64,000 nucleotides of DNA from a virus (IMGVR_UViG_3300046167_000883:32001-96000); one strand, 5' to 3'; shown: positions 9,163 through 20,165, numbered from the stretch's first letter. Notes: generated from the letters alone by a model not told the origin. A program made the numbers and translations.

Positions 9163-11204
9163 TAGAATTCTGGGGTTACAGGAGCTACGATTTCTACGAA
9201 TCTTGCTTCAATTGTGTTTGAATCTTTGTAATTAAACGTGTGCTTCCATTGTGGGCAAAAGAATACTCGGTTTTGTTGAATAATATCATCGTCATAATAA
9301 TAAACAAACTGCTTATAACCAAGATGGGTTTCTAAAAAGTGTAGAATTGAATAAGTTTCCTTTTCGCTTCTATTTGTAAAAGTTAAGTCAAGTGCGTCTA
9401 TTCTGTTTTGATTGCGCGAAATATTTAGTTGTTGGGTAAACGACCTTTTAAAGTTATTAATTCTTGCCCCTTGGTCGACGGGCAATGAAACTTGTTGATC
9501 AGGTTCCCAGAAAAAAGTTCTGGTTAAACTGCCGCCATCATAAAAATCTCCATCACGATAATAAAGTTCATCAGCTATACCCGTGTAAGTTTTTAAACCT
9601 CTTATATTTGAATATGAATTAGTTATAATGGTACTTGAATTTTCTAAAACTTGTCCATTAGACGCATAAAAATAATTATTAAGTTGATTAGGATTTGCCC
9701 CCGTCACTTGATAAACATTAAATTTTTCATGAGAGCCGTCGACAAAGTAAAATTCATAACCCTGATAATCCCAAACTGGATATTTTAGTGAACTTTTTTG
9801 GACAAACCCTTCCCCATCATTTAAAACAGGAGAAACTCGGTCATTAAACATAGAAACATTTAACTCATAAACGTCGCTGCTAATATGTTTTAAATTATAA
9901 TTTGAAATTTGTGACCCACTAAAATTTTGATAATAATCTGTATCTAAATCTATTTGGACTCCGTGTTTTAATTCGCCAAAATTAATACAATCCTCTGTTC
10001 CTGAAAAAGCTACATCTCCAGTTATTGTACCAGTGGTCGCTTTTTCAATTCGGCGCAAAAGACTTTTCATATTTTTTTTGTTCCCTTGAAAAGTCAAATC
10101 CATCTCCGCTTTTATAGAGTTAAGTCCATTTGGCATAATGAACTGATAATAGTTAGACCCGCGCCAAGAAGAATTTGATGCAGAGAATGTTATAGAAGAT
10201 CCATAAATTGGAGAAACGCTTGAAGCTAAATAATCTAAATCTCTACCCAACCTATCCTGAATTTCTGAATATATTGTGGCCCTATCGTCTCTTAAAGATG
10301 TATAAAATAAAGCTTCTTGGAGCTTCCCTGTAAAAGTTTCGTCATAAGTTTCGTCAGATCCAATTGTCCCTACAATATAATTATCTCTTCCAGTTACAAC
10401 ATATCCAGAAATATAATTTTGACCGTCACCCAAACCAACCACTCCAGAGGAGTTGATTGAGTCAAATCCCGCAAATGCGTTTATAATATATCTTTGTCCA
10501 AGATTTACCTCTTCCCCAGTATAACCAAAACCATGCTGGTTGGCATCATTATCCTCCGCAATAGAGAAACCACTAAAAGAATTGGCTTGACCTCTTTCTG
10601 TATAAAGATAAAATCTATTACTATTACCTGTATATACAAAACCTACTCCAAAATCTTTTTTACCTCCACCATAATTTTCTCCAAAAATATAACTAGCTCC
10701 ATATGTATTATATTGATAAATTTCTTTCGCATCGTCACCAAGAGAAGCTATAGTAAAAGTTTCTAACCCATCAATCCCTAATATATGACTTGATAAATTT
10801 CCTGGTTCGTGAATACCATACCCTTCATTTTTTATAAGAAGGTAAGCATTCCTACCACCACTTCTAAAAATCATCGCGGGTTTATTGTTTAGTTCAACAA
10901 AACTGCCCCCAGTTATAATATACGGCATCACTCCAGTATTAATACCAGTCGCGTGTTTTCCGCCAAATTGATCATAAAATTTGGATACAACACCAATATT
11001 GTCTATATCCGCCTCTAAAGTACCATCTTTAAGGTCTGTAGCCGTATAAGATCCAGTTGTGTTTGTAGACACATTAACAACATCAACAACATATTGATTC
11101 GGATCACCATTAAGATTAAACAAAGAATAACCGTGATCAGGGATAGAATCATCTTCTACTACTATAAAATCCCTATTATAATTGAAATTTTCTATAAAAC
11201 TCAT
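9162..11204 (-). CDS. minor tail protein (gpM/Dit-like C-terminus, N-terminal YSL/FYDQ adhesin module)
   Basis: Directly follows the TMP; C-terminal FFWEPD...ILHFLETHLGYKQF...FFCPQWKHTF; N-terminal GYSL..DGTL..FYDQ module. Confidence 0.65.
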   Translation of the reverse strand: MSFIENFNYNRDFIVVEDDSIPDHGYSLFNLNGDPNQYVVDVVNVSTNTTGSYTATDLKDGTLEADIDNIGVVSKFYDQFGGKHATGINTGVMPYIITGGSFVELNNKPAMIFRSGGRNAYLLIKNEGYGIHEPGNLSSHILGIDGLETFTIASLGDDAKEIYQYNTYGASYIFGENYGGGKKDFGVGFVYTGNSNRFYLYTERGQANSFSGFSIAEDNDANQHGFGYTGEEVNLGQRYIINAFAGFDSINSSGVVGLGDGQNYISGYVVTGRDNYIVGTIGSDETYDETFTGKLQEALFYTSLRDDRATIYSEIQDRLGRDLDYLASSVSPIYGSSITFSASNSSWRGSNYYQFIMPNGLNSIKAEMDLTFQGNKKNMKSLLRRIEKATTGTITGDVAFSGTEDCINFGELKHGVQIDLDTDYYQNFSGSQISNYNLKHISSDVYELNVSMFNDRVSPVLNDGEGFVQKSSLKYPVWDYQGYEFYFVDGSHEKFNVYQVTGANPNQLNNYFYASNGQVLENSSTIITNSYSNIRGLKTYTGIADELYYRDGDFYDGGSLTRTFFWEPDQQVSLPVDQGARINNFKRSFTQQLNISRNQNRIDALDLTFTNRSEKETYSILHFLETHLGYKQFVYYYDDDIIQQNRVFFCPQWKHTFNYKDSNTIEARFVEIVAPVTPEF

Positions 11205-14200
11205 TTATCTACCTCTGCCGAATAATGAACCCGAAACCCTCTTTTCTTCATTAATTACATTGACTACTACTTCTTTGACTTTTCTTGCGAATTCTTTTGA
11301 TTGTGCTGGATTAGAACCATCGCTAGTTGCGTCTACCGTAGCTCCCCCATCCTTGGCCATATTGATTGTGATATTTACTTCGCCGACATCCGCGCCTTCC
11401 TTGGATGACCCACCAGAAGAGCTTGATGCCACATTTCCAACGGCTCCGCCGTTTTCGTAACGCATCATATTAATGCTGTCCAAAGTATCGCGACCAATAG
11501 CACTTGCAGCTTGTGCAGACATAACATATTCGCCGCCCATAAGAAGGGCGTTGGTGTTTCCAGACATTTCTCCGCCGTTTGCTCTGTTAAACAATGGACC
11601 CGTCAGTAAATTACGAGAAGAACCAGTGAGAGATCCCAAAGTGCTTGAGTTTAATTGATCCATACTCAATGCATCATACGCCCCACCAAAAGCTTTGTAA
11701 GGTTCACCAAGTGGTTCGCCCATAAATCCCTTAAGTCCTTGTGGTGTGGATGATGGTAAATTTTGAAAATACGCTCCAGCCCCAGCAGCAGCCGCATTCA
11801 CAAACGATCCAATTATAGCTTGTTTGAATTGCTCGTCCCTTGCTTTTTCTGCTTGCTTCTTTTCTTCTACAACTCTCGCTTCTTCTTCTACTCTTTGGGT
11901 GTATAAACCAAAAGCTTGTCTTTGTGCATCTTTTAAAGCTCTTCTTGCTGGGCTTTCTCTAAATCTACCAAACGTTGTTAATCTATGACTCTGATCCTCT
12001 AAACTAACAAACGCACCGCTTCCAGTAGATCTTGCTACATCTGTTTTTCCAGACGTTACTTCTTGTTGGGCGAAAGCTAACAAACTTTCCTTACCAACAA
12101 TTTCCCCTGCTCCACGAGTCCCAGGAACAAAGAAGTCCATACCTCTAGCTCTTTTTAATCTTTCGTTCGAAGCGGCGCCGCCGATTTGATTACCTGAAGG
12201 GTCGCTCCAAAATCTTCCACCTTCATATCCACCCGCTGTTTGGGTATAAAGGCCTCCACTTTGCATACCCCTAATCGCGCCAGAATTTAATCTCTCCAAG
12301 AAGTCTACTCCGTATTTTTGAACAGCAGACTTCTTGAGAACATATTCGCCACCAGTTAAAACAGCGGGTACGTCATCGCGAACACCAGATCCGCCAGTTA
12401 CCATTCCGCCAGAATTATATCCAGTTATAGCTTTAGATATTTTCCCTAAAAATCCTCCGCCAGCCGTCTCGTCTCCAAACATAGCATTAGTTAAATTCAT
12501 TGCCGTTCTTTGCGCTATTTGTCTTTGCAACTCTCTTCCAAAATTTAATGCAATTTGCAAGAATGCGTCACCAATAGAATCATAAGCGCCAGTAGCTATT
12601 TTTTCAAAAGTGTCGGCCATAGATTGCTCAAGATTTTCGGCTAAAACCCTTGGCAATTCATCCGCTTGGTTTTTAAGTCTCTCATCAACGTCCTGTGAAT
12701 ATCTTTGAAGTGAAGACATTTGAGACATTTTTTGCTGCTTATTTAAAATTTTCTGGTTCAGTTCATCCTGTACCCTTAGTTCATTATTTTGAGCCTGATA
12801 ACCTTTGACCTGTTTTTCTATTTCGTCTAAAGTATTTGTCTCGTCAAGCAACCCTTTTTCTTTTAAATCTAATACAGCTTGCAAAACTTCTTCGAATGAT
12901 TTCCCAGCCTCTATGGAGTCTAATAAAGTTTGATAATTCTTTTTATCAACAGCTTTACCCTCTAGGGCTTTAACAACATTACTACCTAATTGTGCGCCCA
13001 GTTTCGTTGAAGCTTTTGATTGACTGATTTTGAATTCAAGCAAAGCTTTGTTTGCTTCCAACCTTTCTCTCTCCAGGTCGCTTAGATTTCCCGCCAACTT
13101 CAGCTCTAGTTCGTTTGCTTTGAGTGTATTTTGTGCAAGTTGTACTTTTTGCTGATTATCTTTCGTTAATGGGTTCATCAAAAATTGATCACCACTTAAA
13201 TGCAGCCCAGATGCTGCGCCCTTTCTTTTTAATGACTCTAAATCCGAAGCGCGACTAGCTAGAGTTAATTTATCGCTTGCTGCGGCTTTTTTTTCTTGAG
13301 CTGTCATCGCTTCTGTTTTTGTAGCCTCTAGTAAATTAGTTATGAATGATGCTATATCCATAACATCTTCTACTTTCTTTCTGGAACCACGGCTAGAATA
13401 AACAACAGTTGTTTTTTTATTTTTTTCTGTTCTATCTACAACCTCTTGGAGCTTCTTTCTTCCTTCTTCACCTCCACCCAAAGCGGCAATAGCGGCTACC
13501 ATACTTTCTTTGTTTTTTATTCCGCCAAAAGCCCCTGTTGAAAGTCCTTCAATTCCCCTAAGTTGTTTTTCAAGAACTTTTTCAACGCTTGTGTCTGGGT
13601 CGGCTCCGACCTCTTCTCTTATTTTTCTTTCTCCTGTAATTCTATCCAACTCAGTCTGCAAACTAGCCCTAAACGACCGAACCGCTTCTACATTACCCTC
13701 AGAAAGTTTTACTAAATCAACACCCTCCAATTGTTGGTTTAAATTTTCAAAACCCGTTTTGGTTTTTGTTAACTCTAACAACAATGGGGCAACGACACCA
13801 GCAACCGCAACAGTAGCTCCAATTGCTGGCAAAGCCCTACCAGCCCCAGCTACAAACCTACCAGCCCCAGCTAATTTTCCTGACTTAACTGCGCCACCTG
13901 GTCCACGCCCAAGACTAGTTCCAAAATTTACTAACTTTGTACTAAGCTTGTCCAATGGTCCCTTTAACATAGCCAAACCAGATAACATTGATCCCGCTAA
14001 AGCTAACTCACTGACAAATTTACCTATACCACTCTCAGCCCCACTAAAAGCAGAACTTAAAAAACTTAAAGCTATAGAGGTGGTCATCAAGCGACCCGAA
14101 AAATCTTCCATCGACGCCGTCTGTTTTTTGTTGGCTTTAATCATTCCTTCTACCGTTTTTTCCAAACCTTTAGACATGGGCATATTAATCATACCACCTT

Positions 14201-17054
14201 GATTAAAGTTTGGAATTGCGCCAGTTGGCTCGTCTCTTGTGTTGGTAACAGCAAGACCCATTGGGTTTTGAGCGTTGCGGAGTTTTCCGTTTTGATTTAT
14301 TCTGATTTGATTAATCGGAAGACCTGCGGCCCGTTCTCTACCTACAGCATCTTCTAAAGCAGATTGAGCAAAGTTGGGGATGTAACCCCTAGCGGCTCTG
14401 TAATTTCCATAACGAGTTCTAAGTAAAGTATTAGCCCTTGACTCAATTAATTTTTCCAACCTATTTCTTGTGCTGAGGTCTAATCTTCTTTTTATTTCAC
14501 CTTTTTCCGTAAAATAGGTTCCTCCTGAACCGCCAAGCATATTCATTACTTGCTTTTTGGCTTGTAATTCTGCATTCTTTCTAGCTTCTTTCTTAAAATA
14601 TTCCTTCCTGTTCCCCTTAATGGAGTCGGCCCCAATTTCTTTCATTATTTTGGAGTAAAAACTTTCCACATTTCCAACCGAATCGGAAACTTTAAAATCT
14701 GCTACATTAACATTTTCAGGCAAGCCAAACAATTCTCTAACTCTTTGAATATTCCGACCTCCCCGTATATCGAAATCGCCGCCCTTTTCTCTTATAGCTG
14801 CCCTATAATCCAAAGCTTTTACAATCCCAACTTCAAAAGCAGAACCTATTGCTGCTTGCAAAGCTCCTTTTGCTCCAGCTATTGTTCCAAATCCGCTTTT
14901 AATATCAGCAGTTGAAACCGTTCTTCCCAAAGGTTGGAGTTCGTTAGCGTATTTTGTGGTTTGTTGAATTACACCTTCTTTAATCCTTTTCTCTATTGGG
15001 TCTGAGACTGTCTTTGCTTTGTTTGGTCGAATGCCTCTTGCTATAGCTCCTGTTAATGTTGTTTTTTTACCGCCTATCGAAGCGTCAAGTGGTTTTATTG
15101 GTTTATTCACTCCCATTTGTGGAACAAGAAATCCATAATTACTTACATCTTTTGGAACATATCCACCAGCCGCATTTATCTTTTTCGCTCCAGCGGGAAG
15201 CCCCATAGACCTAACCATATCTTGGTTAAAGATGGCATCTCCACCTCCAGCATAATTAGGGACATAATATTCGCTTGTATTAGCAACCATTGTGCCGTGC
15301 TTACCTCCACCAAAAGCAAAGTTTGGAATTGAAACTACTTTAGCGCTTGATGGTGCGCCACCAACTCCGCGAGAAACATCGCGAGCTTCGGCTGCGATAT
15401 ATCCATCAGCAGCTTTTCCCCTTCTTACGACCCCTTTTTCTCCACCCCTTAAGCCAGCGCCAAAAAGTCCAGGGGTTACAGCAGCAGCAGTCTTTTGAAC
15501 TTTCGCCAATGCTGCGGCTTGTTGGTTGTAAATTCTTAATAGCAATTGTTCTTGAGCTACTTTATTTCCTTCAAGTGCTAAAATCTCTCTTTGAATACTT
15601 TCGTTTTGAAGAAGCGTTTGAAGAACAGATTGTTGTAATGAGTTCTGCGCCTGTGTCGCTTTATTGATACCTAAAACTTGTTGTAGTGACTTCCCACCAA
15701 ACTTAGCCAAATCAATAAATAACTTTGAAAATATCGCCGTAACTATGGCAAGCCCTGGGCCAGTTAAAACTCCGCCTATACCCTTCACAATTCCTTGGGC
15801 GAATTTACTTCCTATTGAATCCCCTTGAAGTAAATCCGTAATTCCAGTGACGACAGAAGAGAAAGCTTTTAAAATATCTTTTGCGGCGTCTGTAAAACCA
15901 ATTTCTCCCATAATAGACGCTAACTTTTGTCCACCCGTTGTTAAATTATTTATTAAAGCTTCTAGGGTGTCATTAAGTTTGGCGTTCTTTGCGTCAAGAC
16001 TACCAGCAGCGCTGGCGGAAGTTTCAAGAGAATTAGCAAATTTGCTTTGTTCAGAATTTAAATCTTCAATTAAATTAATTAAAATGTCACGCTGCCTAAC
16101 ACCAGCAACTTTTTGAATAATCTCGCCAGCTTGGACGCTTTTTAATCCCATCTTATCAAGCTCTGTGGCCAACTCTTGGAATAAAGGAATTGCATCTCTT
16201 ACATTTCCTTGGGTATCTAAAACAGAAATTCCTATATCCTGAAGAGCGGCGAGTGTGTCCGTTCTCCCCATTCTTGCAAAAATGGTTTTAAAGGCGTTAC
16301 CAATAACCGCGCCACCTCGCTGAGTTCTTTCTTGAACTGTGGTTATAACACCCAAAAGCTCATCAAATGAAACACCTGCCACACGAGCGGATGCAGATGC
16401 TCGCTCAAGACCATTAATCAAATCTTCGGTAGATACAGCGAACTTTGTATCAACTTCTGCAAGTTTATCTGCGATCTGGGCCACCGTTAGTCCCGCGCCC
16501 TCAAAACCTTTAATTGCGGCAGTAAGACCTGCCACAGCTTGCTGAGAATCAATGCCAGCCACCCGAACAAGTTTCAACGCCGTTTCAACACGAGAAAGAG
16601 ACTCTTCAACACCTAAACCTTGGCGAGCTAACTCTAACGCACCTTCAGCTACTTGATCAAAAGATGTCGCTGTATTTTGGGCGACCTTAAAAATTCCATT
16701 ACCAAAAGCTTCTAATTCTTTTCTGGTTCCACCAAGAATTGTATTAATTTTTGCAAAAGTCGCTTCCACCTTAACTGTGTTAGATACAAGCGCACCAAAA
16801 GCTTCAGATAGTTTATTAATTACAGCAACAGATGCACCGAAAGCTAAAACACGAGCGTTAGAAGCTTCTAAGGATTTCTGGAACTCGGTGGCTTGTCCAG
16901 TAATCTTGCCCAACGGACGAGAGAGTTTATTAATTGATTCGGCGCCCTTGCCAAAGTTAACTCCTTTCGCTTGGGCTTGTATCCTAGCCAATGCTGCGTC
17001 CACCTTTGTAGTATTTACTGGGGTGAACTCTACTCCTACTCTTGCTCTTGCCAT
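11205..17054 (-). CDS. tail tape measure protein
   Basis: 1949 aa, Ala/Gly/Leu-rich helical; TP901-type core (ELARQG, DKLAEVD, GGAVIGNAFKTIFAR); C-terminal GGMVTGGSGVRDDVPAVLTGGEYV. Confidence 0.92.
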   Translation of the reverse strand: MARARVGVEFTPVNTTKVDAALARIQAQAKGVNFGKGAESINKLSRPLGKITGQATEFQKSLEASNARVLAFGASVAVINKLSEAFGALVSNTVKVEATFAKINTILGGTRKELEAFGNGIFKVAQNTATSFDQVAEGALELARQGLGVEESLSRVETALKLVRVAGIDSQQAVAGLTAAIKGFEGAGLTVAQIADKLAEVDTKFAVSTEDLINGLERASASARVAGVSFDELLGVITTVQERTQRGGAVIGNAFKTIFARMGRTDTLAALQDIGISVLDTQGNVRDAIPLFQELATELDKMGLKSVQAGEIIQKVAGVRQRDILINLIEDLNSEQSKFANSLETSASAAGSLDAKNAKLNDTLEALINNLTTGGQKLASIMGEIGFTDAAKDILKAFSSVVTGITDLLQGDSIGSKFAQGIVKGIGGVLTGPGLAIVTAIFSKLFIDLAKFGGKSLQQVLGINKATQAQNSLQQSVLQTLLQNESIQREILALEGNKVAQEQLLLRIYNQQAAALAKVQKTAAAVTPGLFGAGLRGGEKGVVRRGKAADGYIAAEARDVSRGVGGAPSSAKVVSIPNFAFGGGKHGTMVANTSEYYVPNYAGGGDAIFNQDMVRSMGLPAGAKKINAAGGYVPKDVSNYGFLVPQMGVNKPIKPLDASIGGKKTTLTGAIARGIRPNKAKTVSDPIEKRIKEGVIQQTTKYANELQPLGRTVSTADIKSGFGTIAGAKGALQAAIGSAFEVGIVKALDYRAAIREKGGDFDIRGGRNIQRVRELFGLPENVNVADFKVSDSVGNVESFYSKIMKEIGADSIKGNRKEYFKKEARKNAELQAKKQVMNMLGGSGGTYFTEKGEIKRRLDLSTRNRLEKLIESRANTLLRTRYGNYRAARGYIPNFAQSALEDAVGRERAAGLPINQIRINQNGKLRNAQNPMGLAVTNTRDEPTGAIPNFNQGGMINMPMSKGLEKTVEGMIKANKKQTASMEDFSGRLMTTSIALSFLSSAFSGAESGIGKFVSELALAGSMLSGLAMLKGPLDKLSTKLVNFGTSLGRGPGGAVKSGKLAGAGRFVAGAGRALPAIGATVAVAGVVAPLLLELTKTKTGFENLNQQLEGVDLVKLSEGNVEAVRSFRASLQTELDRITGERKIREEVGADPDTSVEKVLEKQLRGIEGLSTGAFGGIKNKESMVAAIAALGGGEEGRKKLQEVVDRTEKNKKTTVVYSSRGSRKKVEDVMDIASFITNLLEATKTEAMTAQEKKAAASDKLTLASRASDLESLKRKGAASGLHLSGDQFLMNPLTKDNQQKVQLAQNTLKANELELKLAGNLSDLERERLEANKALLEFKISQSKASTKLGAQLGSNVVKALEGKAVDKKNYQTLLDSIEAGKSFEEVLQAVLDLKEKGLLDETNTLDEIEKQVKGYQAQNNELRVQDELNQKILNKQQKMSQMSSLQRYSQDVDERLKNQADELPRVLAENLEQSMADTFEKIATGAYDSIGDAFLQIALNFGRELQRQIAQRTAMNLTNAMFGDETAGGGFLGKISKAITGYNSGGMVTGGSGVRDDVPAVLTGGEYVLKKSAVQKYGVDFLERLNSGAIRGMQSGGLYTQTAGGYEGGRFWSDPSGNQIGGAASNERLKRARGMDFFVPGTRGAGEIVGKESLLAFAQQEVTSGKTDVARSTGSGAFVSLEDQSHRLTTFGRFRESPARRALKDAQRQAFGLYTQRVEEEARVVEEKKQAEKARDEQFKQAIIGSFVNAAAAGAGAYFQNLPSSTPQGLKGFMGEPLGEPYKAFGGAYDALSMDQLNSSTLGSLTGSSRNLLTGPLFNRANGGEMSGNTNALLMGGEYVMSAQAASAIGRDTLDSINMMRYENGGAVGNVASSSSGGSSKEGADVGEVNITINMAKDGGATVDATSDGSNPAQSKEFARKVKEVVVNVINEEKRVSGSLFGRGR

Positions 17055-17073
17055 ATAATGGTATTACACTAAA

Positions 17074-18051
17074 TTATAGTCCGTGCATCTCCATCATTTG
17101 TTTCATATCTAATTTTCCTCCTTTTTTCTTTAATTCTTCGGAAAGTTCTACCGTTTCTTCGTTAGATTTTTTTACAATATCTAAATCATCCTTTCTGGCC
17201 CCAAAGTAAGTCGTCCCTCCAGAGCCTTGAGAGGCCCTTGTTTGTCTGCCGCCGTCATTTTTTTGAGCATCATAAAACTCTAACAACAATTCTGGGTCCT
17301 TTTGGACATATTCTGGTATTGTTTTTTGTGTATTTTTAAAAATATTTAAAAATGTTCTTGAATAAGATATAAGCTTCAACTGAAAGCATGTTAAGTCTTT
17401 CAAAGGTTTTCCAAACATACCAATCACATCTTCCGCAAAAGATAAATAAATAGAAAAATACGGAGACAAAACAGCTTTTGATATATTTGCATCACACATT
17501 CTGTTGAAAAAATCTTGCTGAAGATCCATCACCTCTATGTCTTTTGTCAAATCATTGTATTCTATATTGTCGAAAACAGAATTTTTGAAATCTTTATCTA
17601 AAAACAAAAGCTTATCGAAAAAATCCTTTTGGGATCGTTTGTTCGCGTATTTTTCAGCAGTTAAACCAATCAAAGATTCTCTATCAGAAGAAGTTTTTAT
17701 TAATTTATCCTCTTCTAGTTTTATTAATTTTTTATGGTTTTCTCTTTGAGAGGGTAAAGTAATTTTAGTTAAGGAAGACTTTAAATTCTCTATAAACTTT
17801 TTCTTTTCTTGTATCTCTCTTTCTTTTTTGTCGTCCCACATTCCCTCTTTAAATAATTCATCTAAAGACTCCTGCTCTGTGGGCAAGCCCCTCTGTTTTG
17901 CCTCTACTATATAGATTTTTTTATTTAATTCTATTCTTCTCGCGTCATCCTGAAAAAAATGCTTAACATAAATGGGGCCAAAGCTTGACTCCAAGACAGT
18001 GACCCCATCAAATATCTCTATGACTATATCGGCTAAATTATCTTCATTCAT
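17074..18051 (-). CDS. putative tail assembly chaperone
   Basis: Immediately upstream of the TMP; charged helical 325 aa. Confidence 0.5.
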   Translation of the reverse strand: MNEDNLADIVIEIFDGVTVLESSFGPIYVKHFFQDDARRIELNKKIYIVEAKQRGLPTEQESLDELFKEGMWDDKKEREIQEKKKFIENLKSSLTKITLPSQRENHKKLIKLEEDKLIKTSSDRESLIGLTAEKYANKRSQKDFFDKLLFLDKDFKNSVFDNIEYNDLTKDIEVMDLQQDFFNRMCDANISKAVLSPYFSIYLSFAEDVIGMFGKPLKDLTCFQLKLISYSRTFLNIFKNTQKTIPEYVQKDPELLLEFYDAQKNDGGRQTRASQGSGGTTYFGARKDDLDIVKKSNEETVELSEELKKKGGKLDMKQMMEMHGL

Positions 18052-18769
18052 TCTTCTCTAAGAATGCTTTAATATCTTTTTCACTTACTGTGTTGTTGTA
18101 GAACCAGTAAGATACTACGGCTAAAAATGTCTTGAGTGCTTCTTTTTCAATTTCGTCACCCCCTTCATCCTTCTCGTAAAGATCTTCTAGTTGATCTTCG
18201 TATAAAATACCATCAAAGAAGTTTTCCTCTTCTCCATCTTTTAGTTTTTTGGCTAATTGAATAGTGTACCACAAAAGCATCGATCTTTCCGCTCTTGCAT
18301 CTGCGGTATGCTCATAAACACCTTGCATAGCAACTTCAAGTTCTGCAAGCTCCTGGCGCAAAGATACAAGTTCTGCTTCTAACTCTTCTACTTTTTTTTC
18401 TTCTCCCTTTGTGGCGGTGAGAAGTTGAATTTCATTGGATAGTTCGTTACTTCTTTGTAGCTTGCGAACCATATCCTTCATTTCGTCTTCTGTTAGTGGG
18501 CCGCCAGTATCGGCATACTTCTTAATCATCATTGACTTGGTGACGATTCCACGCTTTACGTTTTTACTTAGCTCGATTGCGTATTGAGCTTCACCCTCAT
18601 CAATAATTCTTCGCGTAGGCTTTTTAACAAGAAACTCAATCGGAGTTTTAACCGTTTTATTTTGTAAAACAGTTTCCATTTCTCCAGTTTCTTTATTTTT
18701 TCGTTCTACTTCTACCTTTTTCTTTTCTTGTGTATTAAGAGTAAACTTATAAATATTTCCTTGTGCCAT
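18044..18769 (-). CDS. putative tail assembly chaperone
   Basis: Acidic coiled-coil protein in the operon upstream of the TMP. Confidence 0.45.
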   Translation of the reverse strand: MAQGNIYKFTLNTQEKKKVEVERKNKETGEMETVLQNKTVKTPIEFLVKKPTRRIIDEGEAQYAIELSKNVKRGIVTKSMMIKKYADTGGPLTEDEMKDMVRKLQRSNELSNEIQLLTATKGEEKKVEELEAELVSLRQELAELEVAMQGVYEHTADARAERSMLLWYTIQLAKKLKDGEEENFFDGILYEDQLEDLYEKDEGGDEIEKEALKTFLAVVSYWFYNNTVSEKDIKAFLEKNE

Positions 18770-18771
18770 AA

Positions 18772-19059
18772 TTATTTAAATTTAAATTCTACAGTGAGAT
18801 TCTCCACCTCACTATGATAATCCCTTAAAACAGAATTTCCAAGATCTAATACTTTTTTTCTATAATTTATAAAATAATCCTCATCAAAGTAATCAGCCAT
18901 ATTGATTAAATCATGATACTCTTCTGGTAGACTATCATAAAGTTTCGCGAAATTAACTTCGTGATTAGATTGCAAATCTTCAAGTATATTCAAAAACGAT
19001 TTGAATAAAAAACGGATATAGTAATCCGAACGATCATTTAAAAAATCCTGCGCCTTCAT
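18772..19059 (-). CDS. hypothetical protein
   Basis: 95-aa ORF preceded by GTGTAA on the minus strand (19078-19083). Confidence 0.7.
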   Translation of the reverse strand: MKAQDFLNDRSDYYIRFLFKSFLNILEDLQSNHEVNFAKLYDSLPEEYHDLINMADYFDEDYFINYRKKVLDLGNSVLRDYHSEVENLTVEFKFK

Positions 19060-19077
19060 CCTTGTGCCTGAATTTAT

Positions 19078-19096
19078 TTACACAAAATTTGTGTAA
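19078..19096. promoter_or_regulatory. back-to-back late promoters (TTACAC-N7-GTGTAA)
   Basis: Divergent GTGTAA motifs serving the minus-strand chaperone operon and the plus-strand neck operon. Confidence 0.7.
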
Positions 19097-19104
19097 TATA
19101 GAAT

Positions 19105-19563
19105 ATGCCAACCTCATATATATCAGACGCCCTAAAAACACAACTCCAAGGAACTATAGATAATCTACACGAAACCTTCGCCAGAACAATCACTGTTTAT
19201 GAAGAAGGAGAAAAAGTTTTAATCGCAGCGAGTTCTACATATAATGGTGTTTATGGCAAAACAAACACAGGAAACACCTCAGTTTCTAGAACAGTTGTTT
19301 CACATAGCATTAAAGCTAGAATTAAATATATAAACGCTAAAGACGAGACTTTATCCGACAGCGAAATAAACTCTCAACCAGATATTGATTTAATTAACGG
19401 ATCTGTAAGAATTACAGTTGATCCAAGTGGATTTGAAATTCTCAAAGAGGCAAAAAGGTGTGAATTTGAAGGGCGCAAATATGAAATTTCAAGCAAGGGA
19501 AGTGCAACTGGAATGCTTGGCCCACAATATTATCACTTTTTCCTAAAGCCTCTAGATGAGTAA
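19105..19563 (+). CDS. putative head-closure/stopper protein
   Basis: Size, beta-rich C-terminus (FEGRKYEI...YYHFFL) and position before the neck and tail tube genes. Confidence 0.5.
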   Translation: MPTSYISDALKTQLQGTIDNLHETFARTITVYEEGEKVLIAASSTYNGVYGKTNTGNTSVSRTVVSHSIKARIKYINAKDETLSDSEINSQPDIDLINGSVRITVDPSGFEILKEAKRCEFEGRKYEISSKGSATGMLGPQYYHFFLKPLDE

Positions 19564-20149
19564 TTACGAATACTACACAGAAATTCGAACAATTTTAGAA
19601 AATCAAATACCTGGACTTGCAAGAAATCAGGTACAAAAACTTTTTCGTACAGCTTTTCAGAAAAAGAAAAACCAAATGATTTCTGAGTTTTTAAACCACC
19701 CCGTGACAAAAGAGATTGAGATGGGAATAAACGCAAAAAATATTAGCGGCACACTTGGCGGCGGCAGTGGCAATCTTTTTTCTTTTATTGGTTTTGAAGA
19801 AGGATACGATCCAATTGGCCCAATTGAAGAGGTTTTACTTAGAACCGACTTTAAACTTACAAAAGTAACAAAAAGAGAAATTGAATTTTCTGTAATCCTC
19901 CCAGAGCCAAGAGATGTTTTTTCCGTCACCCCCATGCCTTGGGCAAGTGGCAGAAGCTGGGCAAAGGGCATCGAAACAGGAATATCTGGACTTGGATACT
20001 ATTTATTAAAATCAACTAAAAACAGTAGATCTGGTTTGGGTATCCAATCCCCTCGCAAAGTTAGAAAAAAGTCAAGATTTAAGAATACTCAATACATCAC
20101 AGCTTTCATAAGGAAGTACGAAAAAGAATTTTCCAACTTAGAACTATAA
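19556..20149 (+). CDS. putative neck/tail-completion protein
   Basis: Basic 197-aa protein between the stopper and terminator positions. Confidence 0.45.
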   Translation: MSNYEYYTEIRTILENQIPGLARNQVQKLFRTAFQKKKNQMISEFLNHPVTKEIEMGINAKNISGTLGGGSGNLFSFIGFEEGYDPIGPIEEVLLRTDFKLTKVTKREIEFSVILPEPRDVFSVTPMPWASGRSWAKGIETGISGLGYYLLKSTKNSRSGLGIQSPRKVRKKSRFKNTQYITAFIRKYEKEFSNLEL

Positions 20150-20165
20150 GTGTAAATATATTTTA

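Noticed and set aside
11182-17058. Plus-strand ORFs opposite the TMP (e.g. 13510..14202), and likewise 29742..30485, 31555..32391, 52159..52988, 58586..59029
   Set aside because: Antisense shadows of well-supported genes, with no promoter or motif support.
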